Assembly: GCA_050952645.1 (NCBI GenBank)
Contig: JBMNLI010000017.1
Span: 196,970 to 260,969, forward strand
Reading direction: 5' to 3'
Source: Bdellovibrionota bacterium
GTDB lineage: Bacteria; Bdellovibrionota_C; UBA2361; CAKMMH01
DNA length: 64,000 nucleotides
Below, piece by piece: positions 1 through 10,006 of this stretch (position 1 is the stretch's first letter; each line of letters opens with the position of its first letter). Below the pieces are notes generated by a model. The model searched no databases. It saw only the letters and a list, made by a program, of their open reading frames with translations, and was not told the origin of the DNA. Position numbers and translations under genes: made by a program.

Positions 1-70
1 TCAGGCTCTTAAGTAGCGCCTGACTCTAAGAGTCTTACAAGTTTCACTTATCTTAGCATTTGCAAAGATT

Positions 71-132
71 AGGGGGCTAGAGTTGGATAAAAAGCGAGAA
101 ATCGCACCTTCCTCCGCAGGCTCTAGCCCCCT
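71..132 (+). other. Long perfect hairpin (12-bp stem AGGGGGCTAGAG / CTCTAGCCCCCT, about 38-nt loop) in an ORF-free region; candidate structured RNA element
   Basis: Inverted repeat read directly from the sequence; no ORF covers it. Confidence 0.3.
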
Positions 133-341
133 ACGGCGAAATCTTTAAATTAGATATAATAAAGGCTTAAACCCTTATAAGTCCCCCCTTAAAAGTTCGA
201 AGAGATTCTATAGTAATCCGCCTAGGGGAGTCTATTCACTTTAAGGGTGGCAAACATAAAATCCTTGCTCTATGTTTTTGCTCTATATATCATTGCTTAG
301 GTAAGCATTTTTTTTAGACGCACTTTTAGGAGCAAGGCAAA

Positions 342-405
342 GGGGGGCGCAAGGAGGTTTCATCCTTTTTCCTCTGCGCGGCGCCCCCCCTCTTGGTTTA
401 TTTTT
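342..405 (+). terminator. GC-rich hairpin (GGGGGGCGC ... GCGCCCCCC) followed by a T-rich tract; Rho-independent terminator-like
   Basis: 9-bp G/C stem then TCTTGGTTTATTTTTAT; a second weaker hairpin plus T-run at about 510-550. Confidence 0.4.
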
Positions 406-1133
406 ATAGCGTTTATTTTTATAGCGTTTTTTAAAAGGTTCTTCTCGTCTTAATGTTTAAAAACAATTAAGCGATGAGCAACTAAAAAAAGAGGACAACT
501 TGTAAAGGGTTTCGGTAATTTACGAAGCCCTTTTCCTATTTTTAATTAAATTTTTAATTAAACTCGTTTCTTTAATCTTTTTTATTTTTCACATTTTAAC
601 CTAAACATTTTAACCTAAACTTTTCTCTTTTTACATATAAAATTTTTATTTTAATCGACAAACTCACTTAAAAAAATTAAAAAAATTACCTTGCACCCTT
701 ACTTACAAAAACATTGACTACATACTCAAAAATGTTATATTCAATATTATCGTTTATAGATGCCTTCCTTGCCAACTTGCAATTTAGGTATCTAGAAAAG
801 TGCTTACATTTCACTCCCAATATGCAAACAAAAGTGAAAGAACATTACAATTAACCTTTTGGATCATTTCTAAAGCTCGTAATGACAAGTTTTTTTAATT
901 AACCCTAAAAAAACTGCATGCACTTTTCAATTACCCTTTAATTTTAACTAATTACTAAAGAGAGAAATTAGAAAAAGAAAAGGAAGGCTTTCCCATCTCT
1001 AAAAAGTTTTAACCTTGCACTCTTTCTTTTTTCTCTCTTAGGAGGTAAAAATAACAAAAGGCTTTTTGCTTTTTTTATAAATAATATTTTAAAAAGTTTT
1101 TTGCAAAAAAAATAAAAATATTTTGCAAAAAAC

Positions 1134-1170
1134 TTGACTTGCTTTAAAAAAAGAGGTTAATATTGACCTT
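1134..1170 (+). promoter_or_regulatory. Candidate sigma70 promoter (TTGACT, 17-18 nt spacer, TAATAT) driving a non-coding, GC-elevated stretch at 1180-1500
   Basis: -35/-10-like hexamers with canonical spacing; stops in all frames downstream. Confidence 0.25.
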
Positions 1171-1897
1171 TGTTAGTTACTGAGACGTAGCTCACCCTAC
1201 AATTTCTCATAGCTAACAATTTGCTCAATACTTTAGCTAAGGAATTCCTTAAAGCTAGTGTCGAGCATGCTTTCGCCTTATAACAGAGAAATTTAGATAT
1301 GCTTCTCGTTGAAACGTGTCTTCCTACAAAATGCTACGTGCAGTAGGCATAGCAAATCTCTATAACATTTCCCTAGAGTTTGCTGTGGTTTCTTTGTTAT
1401 GTTCAGGGAAGCGAGGAAGGTCGTCGAAAGTAGTTTAGCATTGGCTACTTTCTTAACCTTTACTTGCTTACCCTGAGGGCGAAAGTTAATTCTTGTTATT
1501 TTTAGTTTTGCAAACAACATTTTTTTTTAGCGTTCGCAATTAAAAATTGCAGTTAAAAAATCGCAGGTTAAAAAGTGTTATAAGGTATATTTATATTGGT
1601 GGTTTTAGCAAAGCACTATTTTAGAAAATAGCGATTATAAGGAAATAAAGAGATGCACTCTCCTTGGCTCCTACGCCCCTTTAGTTGATAAGGCTAACAA
1701 GCTGCAAGCCTTTCATTGGGGTAAAGCCTTTCACAAAATCAAAGGGGCGTAGGTGCTCTATTTGAGTTTACTCTTTTTCTTTTCTCGTTATTTACTATTA
1801 TTATTGACGCCTGGCATCGATACATAAATAATTATCTTGTCTATTATTTTAAGCGTCTTGCGTATTATTATTCGCATTTGCTAAAATACCACCTCTC

Positions 1898-2036
1898 GAG
1901 GCGGAGTGGAGGAACTTTTCTTTTCTAGCATCTCTTATTTTCTACCCCTTGATGCTTAGAACCTCTTTGTGCGGGCAACGTGAATGTTTCGCACGGGCAT
2001 TGCGCGTTGTGTTTCCCCACCACTCCACTCCGCCTC
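1898..2036 (+). ncRNA. Candidate structured RNA: 15-bp closing stem (GAGGCGGAGTGGAGG / CCACTCCACTCCGCCTC) enclosing about 110 nt with nested hairpins
   Basis: Long perfect inverted repeat plus an internal inverted repeat TCTAGCATC / GATGCTTAGA; no ORF. The class (6S-like?) cannot be assigned without covariance models. Confidence 0.25.
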
Positions 2037-2482
2037 ACTCTTTAACGCTTCTGTAAAAAAGGAAGCTATAAAGGTTCTTTAGAATGTTTTTATAGATGGT
2101 TTTTAAAAAATTATATATAATTTTTTCTATAAAAAGATTTTAAAGGTGGCAATAAAAAAGATTTAAAGGCTCGCCTTTAAAATCTTTTTCCCATTTTAAT
2201 TCCTTACTTAATTATTATTTACTTAATTTTTTCTAATTTAATTTTCTCTAATTAAATTTTTTATTACATCTGTTAATTTTATTTTTTCAATTTCCCCCCT
2301 TTCTTTGCTTTCTTTTGCCTTGCTTTTATTTGCTTTTCCTTTTTTTTCCCTTAACTTTTTATATTTACTTTTTGATCCGTTTAAAACATTTCATTTTTTT
2401 ATATTTCTTATGGTTGTTTTCTTTTACTTCATTTTTTATAATAAAGTTTCAAACTTAAATTCTAAAATTTTAAAGGCTATTT

Positions 2483-3667
2483 ATGATAAGAGAAATTACT
2501 GAAAATATATATTCACTACGTGCTATAGATTGGAATGTAAGAGAATTCCATGGATACGAAACTAAAAGCGGTTCTACCTACAACTCATACTTTATAAAAG
2601 ATAAGAAAAATGTGCTAATAGACTCTGTAAAACATACATTTAAAGATACATTGTTAAATAATATATCTAGCGCGTTAGAAACTAGCAAGCTAGATTATAT
2701 CGTTTGCAACCACGCAGAGCCAGACCACTCAAGTGCAATTAAGGATGTTATAAAAAAATATCCAAACGCTACTCTTATATGCAACCAAAGATGTAAAGAT
2801 ATTCTCTCTTTGTATTACAACACTACTGATTGGAAATTCCTAATTGTAAAAGATGGCGATACCATAAACTTAGGAGAAAATGAACTATATTTTTACGATA
2901 CCCCAATGGTTCACTGGCCAGAATCTATGATTACATACGTCCCTAATAAAAAACTCCTATTTTCCATGGATATTCTAGGACAACATTACGCCTCATCATT
3001 TATATTTGATTATGAAGAAAAAAAAGAAACTCTACTTTCTGAAGCAACGAAATATTATGCAAATATAGTTTTGCCCTACCCTAAACAAGTTTTAAATGCA
3101 TTAGGAAAAATAAAAAAATTAGATGTCGAAATAATCGCTAATAGCCACGGACTTATAATTAAAAAATATTTGCCTGAGATGCTCTCCTTATACGAAAATT
3201 TTGCTAATGGTATAAATAAAGAAAAAGCATTAGTAATTTACGATACAATGTGGGGAAGCACTGAAAATATAGCCTTTAGTTTAATAAGCGGCCTAAAAAC
3301 TAATAAAGATTTAGAGATTAAAGTTTGCGACCTAAAAACTACTCATAATACTATCGTTGCTAGCGAGGCAATAGATGCAAAATATATCTTAGTAGGCTCC
3401 CCTACCCTTAACTCAAATATCCTGCCTACGGTTGCTAGCACTCTTACTTACCTAGAGGGACTAAAACCATTAAATAAAACTTGCCTCTGCTTTGGCTCAT
3501 ATGGCTGGGCACCTGCATTTGCTAAGAAGATAACCGAATATTTTGAAGCATTAAACTGGAATATATTTTCAGACCCTATAAGCGTTAAATACAAACCTAC
3601 TAACGCTTTTTTAAATGATTGCTTTAATATTGGAAAAACTCTTAGCACTTATAATCAGCATCAATAA
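2483..3667 (+). CDS. Flavodiiron protein (metallo-beta-lactamase-like diiron domain plus C-terminal flavodoxin domain); O2/NO reductase
   Basis: H-x-E-x-D-H motif (CNHAEPDHSS) and flavodoxin-like C-terminal half; 394 aa. Confidence 0.8.
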   Translation: MIREITENIYSLRAIDWNVREFHGYETKSGSTYNSYFIKDKKNVLIDSVKHTFKDTLLNNISSALETSKLDYIVCNHAEPDHSSAIKDVIKKYPNATLICNQRCKDILSLYYNTTDWKFLIVKDGDTINLGENELYFYDTPMVHWPESMITYVPNKKLLFSMDILGQHYASSFIFDYEEKKETLLSEATKYYANIVLPYPKQVLNALGKIKKLDVEIIANSHGLIIKKYLPEMLSLYENFANGINKEKALVIYDTMWGSTENIAFSLISGLKTNKDLEIKVCDLKTTHNTIVASEAIDAKYILVGSPTLNSNILPTVASTLTYLEGLKPLNKTCLCFGSYGWAPAFAKKITEYFEALNWNIFSDPISVKYKPTNAFLNDCFNIGKTLSTYNQHQ

Positions 3668-3683
3668 TAAAAATGCGTTAGGA

Positions 3684-4379
3684 ATGAATAAAATAAAAAT
3701 ATTTATATTAAAAAATCTTGATTACAAACGATGCACTAAATTCCAATACGCTTGTAGAGAAAATTTATTAAAAACTAACAGCAAAAGTTATTTAATTATC
3801 ACTACTCACAATAACGTTATAACATTCGGTAAAAATAAGATTAAAACAGACTTATTAGTAAATGAAGCTTTTCTTAAAAAATTAAGTATCGATTTAGTAG
3901 ATACTAAAAGAGGAGGAAAAATAACTTGCCATGGAAATGGACAAATCGTATTTTACCCTATAATAAATATAAAAGATTTTAGTTTAAAAACTAAGGAATA
4001 CGTACATATTTTAGAAAAAATTTTAATAGACACTCTTAAAAATTTTAATATGAACGCTAAGACTTGCGAAAATATGGAGGGAGTTTTTATAGAAAAAGAT
4101 AACACCTTACAAAAAATAGGCTTTACTGGCGTTCATATAAATAAATACTGCACTATGCATGGAATATCTGTAAATATTGAAAACGATATCTTAAGAATAT
4201 TTAATCTTATAAAACCTTGTGGATATGAAAATTTAAAAGTAACTTCCGTAGAAGAAATTTTAAAAAATAAAATTTCATACGACCTATTTATAGATTGTTT
4301 TATACAAAACTTCTTAAAGCAATTTAATTTTAAAAGTATAAAAAGAATAGAAAAAAAGGATAAAAATAAATGCAAATAG
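3684..4379 (+). CDS. lipB: Lipoyl(octanoyl) transferase LipB
   Basis: RGGKITCHGNGQIVFYPI motif typical of LipB. Start moved to the internal ATG at 3684 to avoid overlap with the upstream gene. Confidence 0.75.
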   Translation: MNKIKIFILKNLDYKRCTKFQYACRENLLKTNSKSYLIITTHNNVITFGKNKIKTDLLVNEAFLKKLSIDLVDTKRGGKITCHGNGQIVFYPIINIKDFSLKTKEYVHILEKILIDTLKNFNMNAKTCENMEGVFIEKDNTLQKIGFTGVHINKYCTMHGISVNIENDILRIFNLIKPCGYENLKVTSVEEILKNKISYDLFIDCFIQNFLKQFNFKSIKRIEKKDKNKCK

Positions 4380-4915
4380 TAGGTGGCACTAAAAAAGGAC
4401 TAAAACTTTCCTCTGTAAAAGGCGATACGACTAGACCTATACTAGATAGAGTTAAGACGGCACTTTTCGATATTATAAGAGAAGATATAAAAGAGAAAAC
4501 CTTTCTAGACCTTTTTGCAGGGAGTGGCTCCGTCGGGCTAGAAGCTTTAAGTCAAGGCTCAAGGCATGCAACGTTTATCGATATAAATAAGAATGCTATA
4601 AAAACATTAAATGAAAATATTACGAAAACAAAATTCCAAAACAATTCTACTATTTATTTTAAAGACGCTTTTAAATTCTTACAAACTAACGAAGCTAATT
4701 TTGATATTATATTTATAGCCCCACCACAATATAAAGAACTTTGGATAAAAGCACTAAAGTTAGTAGACGAAAAAATAAAAGCTCTCTCCCCTGATATGAT
4801 TATCGTTCAAATAGACCCTAAAGAATATAAAGATATTCCACTTAAAAATATGATTTTAGAAAAACAAAAAAGATACGGAAACACTATTCTTCTTTTTTAT
4901 AAATCTTCTTTATAA
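4370..4915 (+). CDS. rsmD: 16S rRNA (guanine966-N2)-methyltransferase RsmD
   Basis: DLFAGSGSVGLEALSQG SAM motif and PPQY motif; 181 aa. Confidence 0.75.
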   Translation: MQIVGGTKKGLKLSSVKGDTTRPILDRVKTALFDIIREDIKEKTFLDLFAGSGSVGLEALSQGSRHATFIDINKNAIKTLNENITKTKFQNNSTIYFKDAFKFLQTNEANFDIIFIAPPQYKELWIKALKLVDEKIKALSPDMIIVQIDPKEYKDIPLKNMILEKQKRYGNTILLFYKSSL

Positions 4916-4973
4916 ATCTTCCTTATAAATCTTCTTTTTAATAAAACACTCACACTCTTTCTTATTAAAACTT

Positions 4974-5325
4974 TTATCCTAAAAGAGATTGAACTTTCTC
5001 TTTTAATTGATTAGCTTGCGCATCTAACGCATTTTTAGAATTAGCTATATTTAGCGTTACCTTATTAGCTATTTTTGCTATCTCTTCAACGTCCCTTACC
5101 TCTGCTTCTGATGCTTCATAGTTAGTAGCTCTAACATCTACGATATCCCTATCTTCAAGTTCTCCTTTTACATATCCTGCCGATATTTTATCGTTAACTA
5201 CAGCCTTAGAAACATCATCTTCACGTTTTCTAGATGCCGATTTTGATGTTGATTTTGATGTTGATTTTAAAGAATTAACATCTAAGCATAAATAATGCGT
5301 TTAATGATCGTATTTCCATATACAC
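4974..5325 (-). CDS. Hypothetical protein, apparently frameshifted near its 5' end (MEIRSLNALFMLR then ...DVNSLKSTSKS...KEKVQSLLG); missing from the ORF track because the long frame has no ATG
   Basis: About 100-codon open frame with coding-like composition; an ATG 14 codons upstream lies in another frame. Confidence 0.3.
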
Positions 5326-5420
5326 CTCAAACTTTTTTAATTTACCTTCCCATCCTTGTGAATAATTTATCGGTATATAAGAAAAAACATTTATAATTTG
5401 AAGCTTTTTAATAAAAATTT

Positions 5421-6035
5421 TTAAAAGGCTAATAAGTATAGGATGATTGTAGCTAATAATAAACCTATGCCTAATACTAATAATAGATCTATTTTACTAA
5501 AAAAACGCACCTTAACTATTTGAGAAAACGGACCATTTTCTAATTTTTTAAAATATTCTTCTTTCGCTTTTTCAAACTTACTTTTTCTTTTTTCCTCTAA
5601 CTCTCTAAAATAATTACTACCATCTTCAGTGCTACATAAAGTCGCTTCACGTTCTCTACTAGAATTTCTAATGCTAAAATCTATCGCCTTTTTCTTTAAC
5701 ATATCTTGAAAATAATCATCAACGGTCTCCTCCTCACTCCAATCCCTAAAGCTTACTAACGTGCTATCGTATTCTTTTCTTTTCTGGTCGTCAGTTAACA
5801 CATTGAAAGCATTAGTGATTATTTGAAAATCTTTTAAGCTATCTTCACTTTCTTGTCTTGAACCTAAAATTTCATTAAAAAAATTAGAATCTGGGTGATA
5901 TATAAGCGCAATATTTTTATAGGCTTTTTTTATAGCCTCCTTACTAGCATTATTAGTAACGCCTAAAATTTCATAATAATTTTTACCTTCAAATTTACTA
6001 GACATATAAAAATACCGATATCTTTTTATAAACAA
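5421..6035 (-). CDS. J-domain (DnaJ-like) protein with C-terminal transmembrane anchor
   Basis: YYEILGV...YHPD J-domain signature; hydrophobic C-terminus. Confidence 0.75.
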   Translation of the reverse strand: MFIKRYRYFYMSSKFEGKNYYEILGVTNNASKEAIKKAYKNIALIYHPDSNFFNEILGSRQESEDSLKDFQIITNAFNVLTDDQKRKEYDSTLVSFRDWSEEETVDDYFQDMLKKKAIDFSIRNSSREREATLCSTEDGSNYFRELEEKRKSKFEKAKEEYFKKLENGPFSQIVKVRFFSKIDLLLVLGIGLLLATIILYLLAF

Positions 6036-6177
6036 ACTTATTGCTTCTTAAATATAACTTCGACATAATATACTTTTAACTTTATTAAAAAATATACTCA
6101 TTTTTACAAAGAAGTATAAAAGATTAATAATAAATGACTAACAATAAAAAAAAACTAACAATAAAAAAACTAACAAA

Positions 6178-8535
6178 ATGACTACATTATCAAACCTACA
6201 AGTAGGAAAATCTGCATACATAACTAAAATCGATTGCTCAGATAAACTCTTAAGAAGAAGAATCTTGCATATGGGATTAACACCTAAGGTAGAGGTAAAA
6301 CTCGTTAAAAAAGCGCCTTTAGGAGACCCTTTACAAGTGCTTGTTAGAGGCTACGAGCTTACTATAAGGAAAGATGATGCAGAAAAAATCTTGATAGACG
6401 ATATACACGATGATTATAAGTGGAATACTACTAATTACAAAAAAGGAGCTACTAAAGAAATCGAGCACCCTAAAAAAGGCGAGTCCTCCTTAAGCGATGC
6501 TTCAAATATTAATTGCATAGCGGGAAGTTTTAATTTTGCACTAGTAGGCAACCAAAACTCTGGAAAAACTACTCTATTTAATGAGCTAACTAAAAGCAAT
6601 CAACACGTAGGTAATTTCCCTGGGGTTACTGTAGAAAGAAAAGAAGGTGCTGTAAAAAGATATCCTAATATTACCATTACGGATCTTCCAGGGGTTTATA
6701 CCTTATCGCCTTTTAGCAATGAAGAAATAGTAACGAGAAATTATTTAATAAACTCCACTCCAGATTTAATAATAAATATTATCGATGCTACTAACATAGA
6801 GAGAAATTTATTTTTAACACTAGAGCTAATGGAACTACAAATCCCAATGGTTATAGCGTTAAATATGATGGATGAGATAGTTAGTAATCGTGGGAAAATA
6901 GATATAAACGGCTTAGAACGAGATTTAGGAATTCCAGTCGTGCCTATATCTGCTAGCAAGAGAGAGGGACTAGAAGAACTTCTCGAGCACTCTGTAAATA
7001 TCGCAGTTAAAAAAGAGTTGCCTAAAAAGCTAGATTTTTGCAGGAATGATAATGAGAAAAATATCGTGCATAAATGCGTTCACTCAATTATGCATCTGCT
7101 TGAAAACAGGACAAAACAAAGGAATCTTCCTGTAAGGTTTGCAGCTACTAAAATTATAGAAAACGACCCCTTTATTTTAAAAGCTTTAGACTTAGACGCA
7201 AATACTCTTGAAAATTGCAAGCAAATCGTTTTACAAATGGAAGAGGAAAAAAAATTAGAAAAAGATGCAATCCTTGCAGATATGAGGTTTTCATTTATCG
7301 AAGAGCTATGTAAAGATTACGTTTGTAAACCTTGTGAAACTAAGGAGCATAAACTATCTACTAAATTAGATAAGATTTTAACTGGGCGCTATAGTGCAAT
7401 CCCTATGTTTTTAGGAATTTTATCTATTATCTTTTATCTTACCTTTGGGCCTTTAGGTGGTTTTTTAGCAAAGTTAATGCAATTTGTTATAGATAAAATT
7501 ACTAATATAACCGACATTACCCTTACTAATTATGGGCTTAACGCATCCGTTCATTCACTTATTATAGATGGTGTATTTGCAGGAGTTGGAAGCGTTTTAA
7601 TATTCCTACCTACCATTATAGTTTTATTTTTCTTTTTATCTATTCTAGAAGACACTGGCTACATGGCTAGGGTTGCTTTTGTGATGGATAAAATTTTAAG
7701 AAAGATAGGACTTTCAGGAAGAAGTTTCGTTCCTATGATACTTGGCTTTGGGTGCTCAGTTCCGGCCATTATGGCAACTAGAACTTTACCATCTGAAAGA
7801 GATAGAAAGATAACGATTTTCTTAACTCCATTTATGAGTTGCTCTGCAAAACTTCCCATTTACGTTTTATTTACAGCAGTCTTTTTTAAGGAATATCAAG
7901 TCTTAGTAATTATTAGTCTATATCTTTTAGGAATTTTCGTAGGGATAATCGCTGCGCTACTTTTAAAAATTTTAGTATTTAAGGGAGAGCCAGTGCCATT
8001 TGTTATGGAGCTTCCTAATTATAGGCTGCCTACTGCTACTAACATTTACAAGCTAATATGGAAAAAAGCGAAAGGATTTATAACTAAAGCTTTTAGTATT
8101 ATTTTTATTGCTACCATAGTGATTTGGTTTTTGCAAAATTTTGATACACGTTTAAATTTAGTTAAAGATGCTCAAAATAGCTTGCTAGCATTATTAGGAA
8201 ATATTTTTCTTCCTATATTTAAACCATTAGGAATGAACGATTGGAGGATAGGCACATCGCTAATTACAGGACTTATAGCTAAAGAAAGTGTTATAAGCAC
8301 ATTTTCAGTATTACTAAACGGTGATATATCAAAACTTTCTACTCTTTTTAATAATCTTACGGCTTTCGTATTTTTAACTTTCTCGCTATTATACACGCCT
8401 TGCGTAGCAACTATTGCGATAACAAAACAAGAGTTAGGAAAAAAGCATGCTCTATTTATCGCTTTTTTTCAATGTGCAGTAGCGTGGATAGTATCATTTA
8501 TAATATACGAGTTAGGACTTATATTTATGCGATAG
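6178..8535 (+). CDS. feoB: Ferrous iron transporter FeoB with a fused N-terminal FeoA domain
   Basis: FeoA-like SH3 segment, G-protein motifs (GNQNSGKTT, DLPG), polytopic C-terminal permease; 785 aa. Confidence 0.9.
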   Translation: MTTLSNLQVGKSAYITKIDCSDKLLRRRILHMGLTPKVEVKLVKKAPLGDPLQVLVRGYELTIRKDDAEKILIDDIHDDYKWNTTNYKKGATKEIEHPKKGESSLSDASNINCIAGSFNFALVGNQNSGKTTLFNELTKSNQHVGNFPGVTVERKEGAVKRYPNITITDLPGVYTLSPFSNEEIVTRNYLINSTPDLIINIIDATNIERNLFLTLELMELQIPMVIALNMMDEIVSNRGKIDINGLERDLGIPVVPISASKREGLEELLEHSVNIAVKKELPKKLDFCRNDNEKNIVHKCVHSIMHLLENRTKQRNLPVRFAATKIIENDPFILKALDLDANTLENCKQIVLQMEEEKKLEKDAILADMRFSFIEELCKDYVCKPCETKEHKLSTKLDKILTGRYSAIPMFLGILSIIFYLTFGPLGGFLAKLMQFVIDKITNITDITLTNYGLNASVHSLIIDGVFAGVGSVLIFLPTIIVLFFFLSILEDTGYMARVAFVMDKILRKIGLSGRSFVPMILGFGCSVPAIMATRTLPSERDRKITIFLTPFMSCSAKLPIYVLFTAVFFKEYQVLVIISLYLLGIFVGIIAALLLKILVFKGEPVPFVMELPNYRLPTATNIYKLIWKKAKGFITKAFSIIFIATIVIWFLQNFDTRLNLVKDAQNSLLALLGNIFLPIFKPLGMNDWRIGTSLITGLIAKESVISTFSVLLNGDISKLSTLFNNLTAFVFLTFSLLYTPCVATIAITKQELGKKHALFIAFFQCAVAWIVSFIIYELGLIFMR

Positions 8536-9763
8536 CTTTAGTTTCTCCTAATGACTCCTCTTTACTAATTTCTTTATTAGCTTCTCTACTAGCTTCTTTA
8601 CTAATTTCTTTACTAGCATCTTTACTAGCATCTTTACTAGGTCTTTCGATTTCTTTACCCGTCAACTCACTATAAACATCTAAAACTTTTAAAATTACAT
8701 TTTCTATTTTATATTTTTCTAACCTTTTTTCATTTAATTTATAATTTATTCCACTTTCAAAAGAAAGTTGCAAAAAGTTTTTTATCACTTCAAAAAAATC
8801 TTCTTTAGACATGCTTTTAGCACAAAAATCATTATTAGATAAAAGCTCGCATATCGCAGGAACTGGTCTACAAATAAAAGGAACTCCTAAAGATTGAGCA
8901 TCGATAGCAGGAATATAAAACCCCTCTGCAAGAGATGGAACTAACATAGCTTTAGCATTTAAAATAAGCAAGGTAAGCCTTTTATTAGACACTGCCCCTA
9001 AAACTTTTATATTTTCCGAAATATCAAAATTTTTTATCTCTCCGCTTTCTAGCAATCTTTGAATGCCGTATCCTACTAAAACTAACTTTGGTAAATTTTG
9101 TTTAGAGAATCTTTCTTCTAGCTTCTTATACGCCCATAAAAGGTCTTCTAGTCCTTTGTGTGGCATCGTATTAGAAAAAACTGAAATCAAGTAATTAAAA
9201 GGAAACTCAGCTTTGCTTTGCATCTCATCTTCATTTACGCTTCTTAACGATACTGCATTTGGCACTACTACTATTTTATCTTGATTTTCGTTTGCATACT
9301 TAAAATTTTTTATTAAAGCGCTTTTAGAAGCCTCGCTTACTGTAATAATTTTTGAAGCTCTTTTTAAAGTCGAGTTTATCCAAATTTTAGCTATAAACGG
9401 ATAATAAAATTTTCTTGGATGCGTTATATGGATAATATCATGCACTGTAGCTACGCTTGGAATACTTATTTTAAAAGGCAAAGTGTAATGTGGAGTATGG
9501 AAAATATCGTAATTTGAAAAATCTATTTTTTTTGATACTCTAAAACTTTCTTTAAAAGAATACGGCTTAGAGTTATCTTCAATTAAATTTACTAAATTAC
9601 TCCAAGCATACTTTCCTATTTTTTCTTTATCACCTAGAAGCGAAACCTCAATACCATGGCTCATTAATAGCCCTTCTATTAAATTCCTAAGTGAAGCTCC
9701 TATGCCTCCATCATCTATTTTTTTTGCATCGATTAGCACTTTAAATTTATTTACATTAGACAT
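8525..9763 (-). CDS. Glycosyltransferase family 1 (GT4-like) with a C-terminal SKDA/SKE low-complexity tail
   Basis: EGFYIPAIDAQSLGVPFIC (E-x7-E-like) motif; tail encoded by a tandem nucleotide repeat at 8560-8650. Confidence 0.7.
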   Translation of the reverse strand: MSNVNKFKVLIDAKKIDDGGIGASLRNLIEGLLMSHGIEVSLLGDKEKIGKYAWSNLVNLIEDNSKPYSFKESFRVSKKIDFSNYDIFHTPHYTLPFKISIPSVATVHDIIHITHPRKFYYPFIAKIWINSTLKRASKIITVSEASKSALIKNFKYANENQDKIVVVPNAVSLRSVNEDEMQSKAEFPFNYLISVFSNTMPHKGLEDLLWAYKKLEERFSKQNLPKLVLVGYGIQRLLESGEIKNFDISENIKVLGAVSNKRLTLLILNAKAMLVPSLAEGFYIPAIDAQSLGVPFICRPVPAICELLSNNDFCAKSMSKEDFFEVIKNFLQLSFESGINYKLNEKRLEKYKIENVILKVLDVYSELTGKEIERPSKDASKDASKEISKEASREANKEISKEESLGETKAIA

Positions 9764-9975
9764 ACGTATACTTTTTTAGAAAAAAAATCCTTTTCCGATT
9801 TTACTTTAGGAGAAAAGTATGATTTTTACTCATCATATTTTTATCATCTTTTTTGTCATCTTAAAATTCTTAAAATTTAAAAAAACTACTATTAAAATAC
9901 TTCTTAACTTTTAATGCCTTTGCTTCAGATTAAATTAGTATCACCAACTTAGCAAAGCCTAAAAAAAAACGATTT

Positions 9976-10004
9976 TTCTAACCCATCTTAAAACGTCAAA
10001 GAGC
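9976..10004. repeat. Solo MITE terminal repeat (TTCTAACCCATCTTAAAACGTCAAAGAGCC) immediately 3' of the GT2 gene
   Basis: Matches the right-end TIR of the MITE family defined in the findings. Confidence 0.5.
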
Positions 10005-10006
10005 CA

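Noticed and set aside
1293-1520. 75-aa basic ORF on the minus strand in the leader region
   Set aside because: It has no RBS and is surrounded by stops in a non-coding, structured region. More likely part of an RNA element than a protein gene.
2305-2502. 65-aa Phe/Leu-rich ORF upstream of the flavodiiron gene
   Set aside because: It translates a poly-T/AT-rich promoter tract with no RBS and overlaps the real gene start. It is a low-complexity artefact.
8400-8675. 91-aa ORF on the plus strand with SLLASLL repeats
   Set aside because: It is the antisense reading of the GT1 gene's C-terminal SKDA repeat region and overlaps the FeoB 3' end. It is an artefact of the nucleotide tandem repeat.
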